Below, in pieces: positions 50,456-63,795 of a DNA stretch of 64,000 bases. Position 1 is the stretch's first letter. Every line of letters begins with the position of its first letter. Under the pieces are notes generated by a model. The model was given only the letters and a program-made list of their open reading frames with translations. It did not search any database and was not told the DNA's origin. Both the position numbers and the translations under genes were made by a program. The stretch comes from Podarcis vaucheri (taxonomy: Eukaryota): the NCBI GenBank assembly GCA_965113315.1, contig OZ220363.1; one strand, written 5' to 3'.

Positions 50456-51612
50456 TGACATCAAATGATGTAAAGGCAACATAGGTGCCAACTATAGGAG
50501 GCCCAGGAGGCCTGGGGGCTCTGATGCAACTTCCGGTACAAACCGGAAGTCACGTTGGGAGGTCTCACGAGGACTCGGGCATGATCTCCGAGGCCCCACA
50601 AGGCCTGGGCCCCAAGTTGGCGCCCGTGAAAGTCAAGATATAAATATATTAAATAAAATGTAGCAGAACCTGCTGAAAATGAGCTGCCTGGGTCCACCAA
50701 TCCACGCTGGCAGAGATGGAAGCCCTTGCTTTTTAACAAGAGGAACATTTAGCACACACCAAGAGCAGGAATACACATTATCAACAGCCGTGAAACCAAT
50801 GATTTACCATAATCTGAATGGACCAGAAATGGATGCAAATGTAATTCCAGGATGTGCCACTAACTTGCAGCAGAGCCAGGGACCACTTTTTCAGCCACAT
50901 TTCTGTTCCTTCCTTACAGCAAGCCATGGACAGATTTACACAAGTTTCCCTGCCCTCCATTTTGAAATCCAAGCACATTTGTCACTATTAATAAACAGGA
51001 AGCCTCATTCCTATCCTTTCCAGAGGAAGGGAAGGGGACTGCTCAGAGTGGGGGGTGCAGTATACTGCATTGTCGAAAACCATGGCTGTAATTCCATGCA
51101 CACTTACTTTGGAGTAAACACTACTAAAATGAGTGGGACTTACTTCTGAATAAAGATGCATCAGTGCCAGTGAGAGGATGGTTCTCAGTCAAGCTCCCCT
51201 CCCCGCTCTGTTGCTACAACAGCCATAACCACCAACTAAACCAGATCCTGAAATTAATCCTCCGGGGAACCAAAATTAACAGTGCTTGTTGCTAAAAACA
51301 CAAGTGCTTCCCTCTCCCTATATTCCCCACCTTCCCAGTGCCACATAGTTTTGAGAGGACCCAGCAAAATTGTTGCTCAGCTGCTCTGAAGAGCTCTCTG
51401 TATACATCAGAGGGAAATCAATGGGCAGTCCATCAACAAAAAGACAAGGGCAGTTTAAAAAGGCAGTTTATTGGCAAGCCAGACGCCAATGCTGGAGGGA
51501 AGGCACAGCAGCACCTGAACTCTGCAGCAAAACTGGGGAAAGCACATTTCTCTGAATGTGGAATTGACACAGTCACCCCAGTTCTAGTTCCCATAGCAAA
51601 TCCTCTACACAC

Positions 51613-52107
51613 CAGAGGTTTTCAACCTTTTTGAGCCCACGGCTCCCTTGACCCAACTACTTTCTTTCTGCGGCACCCCTGTGAGGCTCAGAAGCCCAGT
51701 TATGTCACCCCTTGTCTGCAGAGCTGGCAGCATTTCACCCTTTTTTGAACACCCTCCCTCATGGAATATTCTCTCAGCCTCCTCTCCTGTCTCCTTGGGT
51801 GTCCTTGGGCAGCCACCGCTCCCCCGTGCTACAAAGAGATGTGCCTCCTCATGCCGCCCCACACGGACCTGGGCAGAGGATGCCCCCAGCCTCAGTGGCC
51901 CAACAGAGACTGGCCAAAGGTGAACATGAGGCAGCAGTGGGGCTGCCACAACGAACAGCTGTGCAGGCCTTTAGAAGGCAGAAACTCAAGAGGGCATCAG
52001 AAGAGGGAGGGAAAGAAAGAAGGATAGAGGCCACTGTTGATAGTGGCACCCCTAACCATCATTCAAGGCACCCCAGGGTACCACGGCACACTGGTTGAAA
52101 AACACTG
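51613..52107. mobile_element. Non-autonomous hAT element
   Basis: cagaggttttcaacc...ggttgaaaaacactg; flanking ctctacac at 51603-51610 (plus 2 extra nt) and 52108-52115. Confidence 0.78.
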
Positions 52108-52367
52108 CTCTACACTACAGCATGGCTGGCTTACCCGTCGCCCTCAGGATGTTGCTGAACTATAAAGCCCATCACCTCTGACCACTGGGCCATGCTGGTC
52201 AGGCTTGATAGGAATTTCAGTCCAGCAATATCTGGAGGACTAATTAGCCACCTCTGCTCCACCACAAAGGTAGTGGAAGCACTCCCACAAAGGGATCAGT
52301 ACACAGTTTACCGCACTGTTAAAATGCTTATACACAGTGCCTATCAAAGTGAATGTAGCTAAATGGC

Positions 52368-52403
52368 TCTTTTCTTTTCTTTTCTTTTCTTTTCTTTTCT
52401 TTC
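52368..52403. repeat. (TTTTC)n microsatellite
   Basis: Seen directly. Confidence 0.85.
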
Positions 52404-54013
52404 TTGTTTTAAGCAGCAGGATTCTAAATAATTTCACATAAAAGAAGCACTTGCGTTGCTCCCTTTGTTTTCAGCTGACATCTATCTATTGAACACAAAA
52501 GCAGTGCAGTGACTGAACAGACACTATACATTGGATGCACAGAGGTTTCATAGCAGGAACTACTGCAGGCAGCTAGAGCTTTTCCATATCATCACTTTTT
52601 CTCCACAAAAGAAGCATACAGCTGTTTCTTTTTTACTTGTGCAGGATCCTGCCTTCATTTTCCCAGTTATTTGAAGCAGAATACCTTATATGTTTAAAAT
52701 GCCACACTTTGTGGACAGACCATGTCTATCATCATACTGAATGCAATTGCACAAGTCATAGGTGCCCACTGGGCATGGTCTTCTGCAACACAAATGGGGA
52801 ATAAGTGACACAACTATCCCTTCTCTCAAGCCTCTGCACTATCTGCCACCTTAAAAAATGCTTTCGAGACTGAGAAAGAACATGGCCATCTTTCTCTTCC
52901 TCCACTTCCCAGCTACCCCCATGTCTCTAAAATGGGACAGGTGAGCTGTATTTGAACCGAAACACAGGAATTTATTTCACAAAGATGAAAATAAGACTGC
53001 TCTGAGAGCTACTGGGTCTTATTAGAGGAATAAGGATCTTTGCTCTCCACTGAGAATGAATGAATATACAATCAAATACAGCTAGCTGTATTTGGCAGTA
53101 ACCAGCTGCATCAAATGTTAGACATACTCAAAGCAAGCACACTGAAATTAATGGGTTTAAGTTAAGAACCCAACGAAATTAAAGGCAATAATGGAGTGTG
53201 ACAAATATTGGATACAACCTACCGGTAATTCTTTTTTTACTTCCAATAATATACTTTCAATAAATGTCTTAAGTTTTACCAAAGCAGACTCATTTAAATT
53301 ATAAAATCATAAAATATTTCAATAGACAACCAAAATGATGAACACTATCTTCCATTTTCTTCCAGAAATCACCAGAGGGCATAATGCATAAGACTGATAT
53401 CTGACACCCAGCACCTCTAACCATCAATATGCTTGGGTTCTGCAAGGTGATATATAATCATATACACTTATGTTGCCTATCCCTCAGAATCAAAGAAACA
53501 GGCTGAAGAAGGTAAATTGACTGCTTATTATAAATAACAACCCCTTTCCTATATGTCTTTATAGTGTCAAAAGGTAATGCTATAGTTATTGGTCACAGGC
53601 GGAATAATTTACCCTGGTTTCTGTTACTAAGTGGAAACAAGAATCAATTCCTTTTCTATTTTTTGAAAAAACAAAACAAAATATTGAGGCAACACAATGC
53701 TGCTGCATCCCAGGGTAAAGTTTCCTGCTTGGCATGTAGGTTTAAATGCAGGGACTCTTAACAGCCACCACTGCAAGTGGGGAAATATGTGGGGAATGAT
53801 TTCTACCTTCCCTACCCAGTTTATTCCTGGATGAACAGAACTTGGAAGAATATGGATTTTCCTTGCAATGTCTTTGAACCGGACAGTGCTTTGCTCCACC
53901 CTGGTCCTGTTTACTCCCACACCGCGCTGAGCTAAACCAAGGTTTGGCTTAACACAGGGGTGGGGAACTTTTCTCAGTCCAAGACCTGCATTCCATTCTG
54001 AAGAACCTTCCGA

Positions 54014-54014
<1 letters not shown>

Positions 54015-54053
<39 letters not shown>
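54015..54053. repeat. (TAA)n microsatellite
   Basis: Seen directly. Confidence 0.9.
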
Positions 54054-54055
<2 letters not shown>

Positions 54056-54187
54056 CCAGTGGCAGGCAGTGAGAACGGAGGCAAAAGCAGGCAGAGCACT
54101 TAGTGTAAATTTTATCTTTGCACAGTAGGCCAATTTCTACACACACACAACCCACTCTGTCCTCCATCCAGCAAGAAAAATACATTA

Positions 54188-54429
54188 CAGTGGTACCTCG
54201 GTTCTTGAACTTAATCCATTCCAGGAGTCCGTTCAACTCCTGAAACCGTGTGCCAACCAAGGCGCAGCTTCCGATTGGCTGCAGGAGCTTCCTGCACTCA
54301 AGCAGAAGCCACGTCAGACATTTGGCTTCCGAAAAATGCTCGCAAACTAGAACACTTACTTCTGGGTTTGTGGTGTTCGGGAGCCGATTTGTTTGGGAGC
54401 TAAGCCGTTTGAGTAACAAGGTACCACTC
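54188..54429. mobile_element. Tigger-like mariner MITE
   Basis: TA|cagtggtacctcg...caaggtaccactc|TA. Confidence 0.78.
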
Positions 54430-55022
54430 TATCAGAGTTCAGGGTTATATTTTAAAAGATGTTTTTCTAGCCCTGGCAGGTGGGAGGGAAGGTAAGTGGT
54501 GGGTTTTGGTGCAAAAGAAGCAGGAACAAGTAGCCAAGAGACGCTTTGCCACATGTTGACTGAGGGGATGGGCTTGGGGTCTAGCAGTAGGCCATAGGCT
54601 TAAGGTTCATATTACCACTGGGAACTGTGGGCCTTTTTTCCAGCATGCAATGCTGAACTGTCTCTGCTACACTTGCTTCTCTTTAGCCATCTGTGTGGCT
54701 AGTAGCAAAGTCCAGCCTGCCCCGCAGGAGTGGCTCCTCTCAAACTGGAATTAATACTGGCTTTGTTTTCATTGCAGGAGGCCCATATGCTATTTTAGGG
54801 CAACTTCCAGCACTCTCTGTGGGAGCTGTACTCAGCAGTCCTAGGGCAGCATGTTTCCTTTAGGAACAAAAGGAAATAATGTTCCTGGGTCAGAGGACGT
54901 GGTTTTTGAGAGGATGGGCGGAGGGGGGAAGCACATTTCATGGAACAGGGCTGGTTTAAGCTGCGAAGTGTTGTGGAACAGATCGCATGGGATAGCAAAT
55001 TCCAGAGGGAATCCAACTTCCC

Positions 55023-55024
<2 letters not shown>

Positions 55025-55056
<32 letters not shown>
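55025..55056. repeat. (CA)n microsatellite
   Basis: Seen directly. Confidence 0.9.
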
Positions 55057-55061
<5 letters not shown>

Positions 55062-57734
55062 TGTGTCATTTTAAAGAAAAATCAGTTTGGGTTCGACATT
55101 TTCACGTCTAAATGGATAAGTAAAAAATGAACCTTGCACTGCTGCAGAGACAAGTGTGAGGGCCTGCTCCTGTGATTCCCCATTGCTAACACTATGAGCA
55201 CCCCAAGGAAGCAACTTGGCAAATGGCATGCTAGAAATGCTGGCACGAGGTGTGTGTTTACTCCATCAAGAATCCCGTTCTGTTACACAAGCTTCAGAGC
55301 AGGGGGTGGAAAATCAGCTATGTTTCTTTTAAACACATGTTTTCTTTGCCAAAAGCAATTACATATTCAAAGTGAAGGCAGCTAGAATTTTAACATGGCA
55401 GGCAGTCTTTTTCTTGTGAAAACCTATTGAATTTATTCCAAGTTTGTTTGCTTTTAAAACCCACTGACATAGTCCATGCCTACTTACATTGATTTCCCAC
55501 GACCCCATTAATTTTTAACTAAGTTTAATGTGAGCAAATGAAAGGCTGACAACATCACGGCAGGTTTTGAATTTTGATGACTGGTGGCGTATCCTGAAAT
55601 CCAAGCGAAGTTCAGGGCCCCACTGTGGTAAATACTTGCTTTCTAGTCTTGAGCCTCTTGCTGCCTGCTACCCCTGCCTTCAATCAGACCCTCCCACCTA
55701 AGCCAGTCTAAAGTAAATGCTTAAAGAAGCCTGGTCACAATGTGTGTCAAGCCTGTAAATCGCCATTCAACTATAGTGACTCAGAATCACCTGCAGCCAA
55801 CCAGACATTTTTAATATATAAATGGGAAGGGAGTATGCCCTTTATTTTCTTTCAGCTGATCAATTGCCGCTAACAAAGGCATAAAGGGGAGGGTACAAGC
55901 CAATACTAAAAGTATGTGCAAGTTAATTTGCACATTTGAAATATGCCTGTTCGTATTTGGAATCTCCACACACTTTCTTCCCTTGCCACAAGAGGCTGAA
56001 TCCACAGAGGTAAGGAACTGAGAATGGTATAAAATGGGAAGACTACAGAAGTGAACCTAAAAAGATGAGGATCTGCATATGAGAGATGAACTCCTTTAGA
56101 TGGCCCATCCACATTAACACTTGGGACAAAGCCTCCAGGTCAGCAAGGTGCAGACATTCCCAGTCTAGGAAAATGTGCCCTCTATGTATCCACATTTCAA
56201 CCTGGGGAATGGTCCAAGTTAGGTCTAGACCAGTTGCAATCCTATGCATATTTACACAAGAGCAGGTTCCTCTGAAATAAGTTGGGGCGTACTTTGTAGA
56301 AAAAGATTGTAGTTTAATGACTAATCAGTTAGGCTTGCTTCAACCCAGTAAATGTGATAGGTTCAGGCCACAGCTAACTCTGCATGACACCAAGGCTACA
56401 CATAGACTAGCTCTCCTAAACTCACAGAGGAAGCCTGCACCACCCAAAGCAAGATGATGTGTCTAACCTTTAAAAATAAATAAAACAGTGTTATTCTTTC
56501 ACAACCTCTTTCACAAAGAGATGTATGTTTTGGTCCGGAAATTAACATGCTCTCCAGACATCTCTCTCCTTAGAACCCTTGCCCCAATGCAAGACCCAGA
56601 ATCTGATTCATTACAGTATTTCACTCTAAACTCAGGTAAACTTGACTTTCTTATGGCCTGCATTGTTTAAAAAATGGACTTTGCTCCTTTAAGGCTCGGT
56701 TCCAGCCCTTGACAGTCAATGCCAGGAAATTCCACTGCAGCCTGCAACTTTTTGCCTTTGTTTGTTCTAAGATCCTAGATACAGTTGCCCAGAACTGCCT
56801 ACAGGTCCAACTGCCCTTTGCAGTCCTCTCTTCTTTTTTCATTTCCCCCTCACAGTTGCTGCCTGAGCCACACCATTTGCCCCTTTCCCTGCTAGGCCAC
56901 AACCCTCTCCTTTCCTCCACCAGGGCCCGCACACGCATACAAACACGCAGATAAACACATACCCTCCTCAGTCAACTGAGGATCGAAACAAATGATACAA
57001 CCGCAAGAAGCATATGCCCTGCCCCACCCCAGACCGTGCAAGATTGTACAATCCATTAGATAATTAAGAGGTGCAGCTTCCTGGATGCCCTAGCCAGCCT
57101 GGCACTGTGTTGTAATGCAGCACTGCAAGAAAAAGCTCCTTTTACTATAATGTCTTCCCATTATTGAGAAGGGAGGGTGTGTCCACAAAAATGAAAGGAA
57201 ACAGCATTAGCTGCTTCTGGAGCCCAAAGGGGGCTCTCAAAGGCCTGTATCAGGGGAGGTCACTCTCCAGATACTGTTGGATTACAATGTCCATCATTCT
57301 CAGGCATCAGTTGGGGCTGATGGAAGTTGGGAGCCCAACATCTGAAGGGCTGCAGGTTCCTCAACTTTGTTCTATACCATTCACACTTACAGTTCTTTAG
57401 AAAATGTAGTGAAATATAGTTCCCAGAAATATCATGGGAGGAAGTGAACAAGTGCTTTATCATTGCCTGCTTCCGCTGCTACATGTGTAGGGGTAACCTG
57501 CATCACGCCTCAGAAAAGATGCATATGAACCATTTCTGCATTTGTCTCACCACAGAGAAAGATATCCAAGTACCTTCTTCCCATGTTATGGTGGTAAAAT
57601 GGCTCACTCATGGTTCCTCATCATGTACATAACTGCCTTCAGAAGTCAAGAGCATTCAGACAGGTGCAGAGTTAAAACAGGCAGATTGCATGGAGCCCCT
57701 GAAAAGTTTTCTTGCATGTTCAATACTGAACTTA

Positions 57735-57992
57735 CCGTATTTTTTGCTCTATAAGACTCACTTTTTCCCTCCTAAAAAGTAAGGGGAAATGTGTGTGCGT
57801 CTTATGGAGCGAATGCAGGCTGCGCAGCTATCCCAGAAGCCAGAAGAGCAAGAGGGATTTCTGCTTTCACTGCGCAGCGATCCCTCTTGCTGTTCTGGCT
57901 TCTGAGATTCAGAGTATTTTTTTCTTGTTTTCCTCCTCCAAAAACTAGGTGCGTCTTGTGGTCTGGTGCGTCTTATAGAGCGAAAAATACGG
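57735..57992 (-). mobile_element. Mariner-type MITE, copy B (inverted relative to copy A)
   Basis: Reverse complement of 25844-26102 with about 11 differences by eye; TA flanks. Confidence 0.88.
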
Positions 57993-59029
57993 TATATTGC
58001 TGGTGATGGGTTCTGAAACAAAACTTTCGCCCCTGAGAAACACTTCAAGATAAAGGGCCTTATGCAATCCCTACTGTAATCCAGTAAATCACACTGAATA
58101 GTAAAATATATTCGATTTTTTAAATCTGACATTTCATGTACATTTTAATTTTTTTAAAAAAAAGTTAGGCAGCAAATGAAATGATGCATTAAACAGACTG
58201 AAAAGTAGCATAGAGCACCATATCTCTGGAACACATATTCATTTCTTTTCTACCCTGCCCTGCTATGTACTCTACTCCAACTGTTTTTTGCCAAATGTGC
58301 ATATACCGTATACGGTGGGCAATGATGGGTGAAGTCTCTGAAATCTCTCATCTGTACTCAATGTTATTCCACCCAAGCAAAATCATTTCCAGCTGACTGT
58401 TTGCCCCAACCTTGTTGACCTAAGTAAGGCTTGGATTCCCAATGGCTGAGCCCTTAATCCAGGCACTGGATGAACCAAAAACCCCACAGCACAGGAAATG
58501 AACTCTTTGAAGGTGTGCCTATACAGTTAAGCCTAAAGTCCAGATAGCAAAAACTTCCCTCAGAAGCCATATACTTTTAGACTGTTTCCCACATTTTCTT
58601 CACTATTATCACAGCTATCCAGAAGGAGGAAGGGTCCAGATTAGGCAGATTAAAACAGATTGTGTTGCAGAATCCTGCTGTACAGAAGTTCATTCTTTTC
58701 ATATGTCTTCCCTTAACTATTGTGATGGCCAGGATGTAGGCAGAAAGTTTTTTTGATTTTAAACAGAAAGAAAACATTTAAGTGTATATAAGCCAACTGT
58801 ATCCTTTAGGTTTCATGCTAAAGAAACATCAAGATACTACAGTAGTCTGAATTTTTAGTCAGAACTGTTTGGGTTCCTTAGTTGGCATTTCCAGCTTGCC
58901 CTTTTAATCTTGCGGCTCGTTCTGTTTTTGTTACACTGCATTTATAAATGGTTGTCACACTTTCTGCACTCCACACCCTTGGATTCGCATGATGAAGGGG
59001 TGGTTAAGAAAAATGTTATGAAATAAACG

Positions 59030-59960
59030 GGAAAAAATGCGGTCTTGAGAGAGGAATTTGAGCCACCCATGCGTTTCAAAGCAAGAGGAACTCTACCCTC
59101 TGCTCTCTCCCCCTCACACACCAAGTTCGAGCTCACTCCCTCGGAGATCAAAACAACATTCACCTTCGTGGGCCTCGTACCTTCTTCTCCCCGCGCCGCC
59201 CTTTGCAAGCCTGACCCCAACCGAGGGGCCCCTTTCGGCGCTCCTGCACCGCCCACCCTCCTCCTCCTCCTCCTCGAAGCAAAAGGCATCTCGGGTTCCC
59301 AAGACCTGCGCAAAGAGGAAGAGAAGTCTCCCATCCCTCGCACTCTCACCGAAGCCGCTTTCACTAACTTTGCGGGCCTCGCGCGCCCACATTTGCTCCC
59401 CTCCTCCTCGCTCAAATCCAGGAAGATACAAACCCGCCCAATTAACCTTGCAAAAGCAAGCCCGCTTTCCTTGCTCCCGGCTTCAAGGCCAGAGCGCGAG
59501 GGTTGCCTTTGTTGCCGCTCCAGGTGGATGGATTCCCGCCGCCGCCCGCCTCCCCTCCCCTCTTTCTGGCCACTTGCTTGCTTTCCTTCCCTTACACGCA
59601 AGCAACCTCGTGCGCGCAGGATCCAACAAACCCCCGGGCCCCAGAGCCGGCGCAGACCTTTTTCCTCGCGATGACGGTGGTCTTCTCTGTTCTCGGCGAG
59701 AATCCGTTTCCAGACAGCGCGGCGAGCGAGAATGCAAAGCAAGCCGCTACTACTCCGCAGACCCCTCCCAGTTCTCGGCCCCTGCGGCTAATGGAATATT
59801 TTTAACTGTTTGAATAAACTCTGATCTTTCTCTGCGACGAGTCTGGGACGCCTAGCGGGAGAAGGCGATCATTGCCCTTCAGTTAGGCGGGGCAGAGAAA
59901 GTTTGATCCTAGTCCTCAATCAGGACTAGGATTGTAGGAGCGACGATTCTGAATGGAAGT
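59030..59960 (-). promoter_or_regulatory. CpG island; probable CD151 promoter and non-coding first exon
   Basis: The strongest non-TE CpG-dense stretch in the window, upstream of the CD151 ATG exon. GC box ggcggggc at about 59886. Candidate minus-strand donors CG|GTGAGA (59349) and GT|GTAAGG (59595). Confidence 0.75.
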
Positions 59961-60699
59961 GGATTATTCCTATACTGGATTCCCCAAGGGCGTGACCATG
60001 TCGATTATTTTTTAAATTGCTTTCTAAACCCATCTCTTTAGGGTGCATATACCCTCCCAAGGTGAGTTACAGCAACTCACATGAAACACAACATTTAAAT
60101 TCTAACATTTAAAATAGCAGTAAAAACATTAAAGCAGACAAAAAAAATGTGGCAAAACCATAAAATCACACAAATGCTCACTGGAATTCGTGTGGAACAG
60201 AAGGGATGGTACCATTATTTTAAATTACTAGAGGCTGCAATCCCATGCAGCTTTAAGGCACATCCAACTCTTATTGATTTTGAAGAGGTTGCACCAAGGT
60301 TGGGAAATTATTTGATCTGCAAAATAGCGCCAGACAATCGCCATTGATTACTAGTACAGTAAAATATGCAAGTCTTAAATCATATATTGTTTGAGGACTA
60401 CAATTAACCTTCTTCCTTGTGATGCTTCTGTTGCTGCAGGTATGTATTTTCTCAGCACATAAACCACACTATTTTGTCCATGGTAAAATGCAACTTCTGT
60501 TTCATTTTCTATCAGGATCCTGCCCACTGTGATAAATATGCTTACACATGTGTGTATGGTCCAGTTTGTATATTCAACAGAGTCAATTGGCAAAGCTTTT
60601 CCTGAATTGAAACACTTGCGAGTTTCTTCTATAACGTTTCAATCACAAAGTGGCTAACACCTTCCAAAGTTTTATACAGTACTCTTCAACCAATTACAA

Positions 60700-61062
60700 C
60701 AAAGATTCCTGAGGCACCTTAAAACTAGCACATTTCACATAAGCTTTCTCAAAGTAGAAGAGTTTTCTCCATCAGATGTTGGAGTCAAATGGCAATGGAA
60801 TGCAAAAAGTACACTCTGTAACAAGAGCTTGAGATAAGCAAATCAGGCTTCACAGCAGCAGGAGCTGAAAACCATTGTCTCGATTCAGACCCAAATTAAT
60901 AGAACAGAACTTCTTGATAAGTTGTAATTCAGCAATTTCACATTGGATCCTCCTTCCAAATTTAATTTCTTTGTGGGAGGCCATCTTAAGGATAGTAGCA
61001 GTGTGTCCTGACAGGTTGAAATATTTGCCTGCTGGTTTCTAAATATTGCCATTTCTGATGTC
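60700..61062 (-). mobile_element. Penelope-like retroelement 3' fragment (end of GIY-YIG domain plus pLTR)
   Basis: Minus-strand translation DIRNGNI*KPAGKYFNLSGHT...KFGRRIQCEIAELQLIKKFCSINLGLNRDNGF, followed by catctgatgg...gaaagcttatg...taaggtgcc. Confidence 0.8.
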
Positions 61063-61439
61063 ATATTTTTGTTTAGGAGACTTAGAGTGCACCTATAGTA
61101 CCTTTAATGTATTTTATGTTCAATCCCCCCCTAGAGTCTTAGGCAGAATTGTGCATAAAATGTGCTTAAAATACATTTTACATATTTTTGGTACCATTTC
61201 CCCATAGACTCTAAGAAGCAAATCTATCTTAAAATATGTAAAATACACGTGCAAAAAATTCCCACTGAGAGTGACAGCACATCGTCAAGACTCCCTGTGA
61301 GATTTGCTGTTCTGATTTCAACAGGTGTTGCAGTAGGCGTCCCAAAGCAGTAGCGAGTCGCTATTTTCTTAAAGTTCACATTTCTTTTTTTAAAAAAAAA
61401 TCACAGTTATAATCGGAAACACCTAGAAGGCACCAGGTT

Positions 61440-61535
61440 GTTGTTGTTTAGTCGTTTAGTCGTTTAGTCGTGTCCGACTCTTCGTGACCCTATGGACCAG
61501 AGCACACCAGGCACCTCTGTCCTCCACTGCCTCCT
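61440..61535 (-). mobile_element. RTE/BovB-type 3' end, heavily 5'-truncated
   Basis: gttgttgtttagtcgtttagtcgtgtccgactcttcgtgaccc tail; 10-bp TSD gcaccaggtt at 61430-61439 and 61536-61545. Confidence 0.82.
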
Positions 61536-63439
61536 GCACCAGGTTAGGAAAGAATAAGCAACTAACTGTGGAAGCGCCATGATTTTGGGTGCATTAATAC
61601 ACATGCACATTCCAGCACTTGCTTCATTTTAGTCCTTAATCCTCTGGCTTCCAGCAACAGATGATCTACTGGCATAAGTGTGTTGTAATAAATCACTAAT
61701 GACTATTGAGCCTATGTATTTGTCTCACTGACTCCCCTACTTCAACACAGTGTCTCCTATAACAATACTGTTGGGCACTAGGCATGACGGGATATGATAG
61801 TCATAGAAAAAACATTTCCCCTGCTAAAAGCATCTCTTTTTAGAATTGGAAGTGAGTCATCATTTTCCTATTTAATATTGTCCAGAGGGAATGTATTTTC
61901 AGTGCATTATTGTAAATAAAGCCTGAGCGCCAAACTGGATATGACTTAAATGCCTCTGCTTGGAATGGAAAAGTTCAGTTGATCAAAATTCACTGAACTA
62001 ATTCAAAAGTCTCTGAACTAAACCTGAAAGTACTTCCCATAATTGCTAAGTGATCTAAATATGAATTACCGTGGAACTTAGAACATTTTTTAGTTCATTT
62101 TCCAGTTTATTCTCTCCTCCCCCTGACAGGAGGCCCAGCCTCTTAGCTTTCTTTCTTTATTTTTTAAAGGAAGTCAGTCTGATATCTGTCAGTATCTAAC
62201 TGGCAACATCTAAATCTATCTATAGTGCTTAGTTTTAGTTTAATTTAAATGCCATTTCCCCACCATGTACTGTTCCCAATTTGTAATGTTGCATACACAC
62301 CTTAAAATCAACACTTCATTTTGCAGTTATCGGTTATGAAAATGTTTTATGTGACCCAGAATTAACGACCTTTTGTGTGCTATCAGTCCTATCATTAGGC
62401 AAATTGAAGCGATTGCCTCAGGAAGCAGATTTTGGGTGGCACAAAAAGGGCAGAAAAAAATTTTATTTTTTGTTATTGTGTTGTTACTCCCAGGGAAGGG
62501 CATTTGAGGGATTTTCTTCCTCTGGTGCAAAAATATGCTGGTAAGTCTTGGGTGCTTGACTCAGGGTGAGCATAGTGCTTACTGTTCTGCCTCAGGCAGC
62601 AAAATGTCTTACACCAGCCCTGGTTGTTAAATGTGCCATCTCTACTGACAGTGAAAGAGGAGAGATCGAATCTGTGTGAGGTAATTCTTATGCTAATTGG
62701 GTGTAACACTTCCTTTTTTGGAAGCGATGCAAGAGTCAGGAGGGGTGGGGGACACATTACCTGTACTGAGAGTCACAAATTCCATTTCCCTTAGTGCCAG
62801 GCTTCCAAACACCTGACAGAATTATTTGAAGGGGGGGGCATGCCTCACCCTTGTACAGTACAGCTGCTTGACTCAGAAAGCTTTGGGTCTACCTCAGAGC
62901 TCCTTAGGAAATGTAAGAACAGCGCTGGACCAACTTCACAGGAATCTGAGTCATTTCTGAGGGAAAACTGAAACTCCTTTTTTACATGGCAAATCAAAGG
63001 AGCAGCTTCTGCTTTCATGCATGCAACACATTTACAAACAGGGCAGACTTGAGGAAATATCTGTCAGCCAATACTGTATAAGCAGATGCTCTTAAAACCA
63101 AGACTGAAATGTTAATAGCTAATGCTCTAAGCAACTTTCCCAAATATAAAGCTCAGCTACAAGTGAGAGGGTATTTTTTTCAAAGAGAGCTTTCCTAGCA
63201 CTTATACTCTAGGTGCAGGAAATACTTCATTCTGCACTGGTTCCTGCCAGTTCATGACTGACATGGATCAGCCTGGGCTGTGAAGATTGTATTGCTGGGA
63301 TCCTCTTCTGCATTGTATTATTTATATGGTTGATTATTACAGGGATAGGAAACCTAACAAATGGGGTCCAAATGTTTCTTTATTGGACACCTGCTTCTTC
63401 AGGACATGCCCCCCCCCCAGCTTTGCACCCCAAGTGCTC

Positions 63440-63795
63440 TTGCTGCCGTCCAGGACTCTGCTTTCATCATCTGAGGCCCTTCTTCATATACCTTCGCCAT
63501 ATGAGGGTGGCAGCATGAGAACAGGCCTTTTCTGTATTGGCTCCCCGTTTGTGGAACGCTCTCCCCAAGGTGGTTTGTCTGGCGCCTTCATTATATATTT
63601 TTAAGCGCCAGGCAAAAATGTTCCTCTTAAACCAGGCCTTTGGCTGATTAATATGCTACAGCCTTTTAAATGTGTCTGTGGGAAGGGGGGGGGTATTGTT
63701 TTCCTGTTTTGTTTCATTTACTTGTTTTTATCCTGCACTTTATTCTGTGAACCGCCCTGGGATTTTATGATGGACAGTATATAAATTTAATAATT
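63440..63795 (+). mobile_element. L2 LINE 3' fragment
   Basis: RTLLSSSEALLHIP..., aggccttttc, tggaacgctctccc, tgtgaaccgccctgg, A-rich tail. Confidence 0.8.

Noticed and set aside
53627-54419. 156-168 aa ORFs with poly-Y or poly-L
   Set aside because: Artefacts of the (TAA)n repeat and adjacent MITEs.
58942-59813. Overlapping 209-266 aa ORFs on both strands
   Set aside because: Low-complexity R/G/P/S-rich translations typical of stop-poor CpG islands; no recognisable domain.
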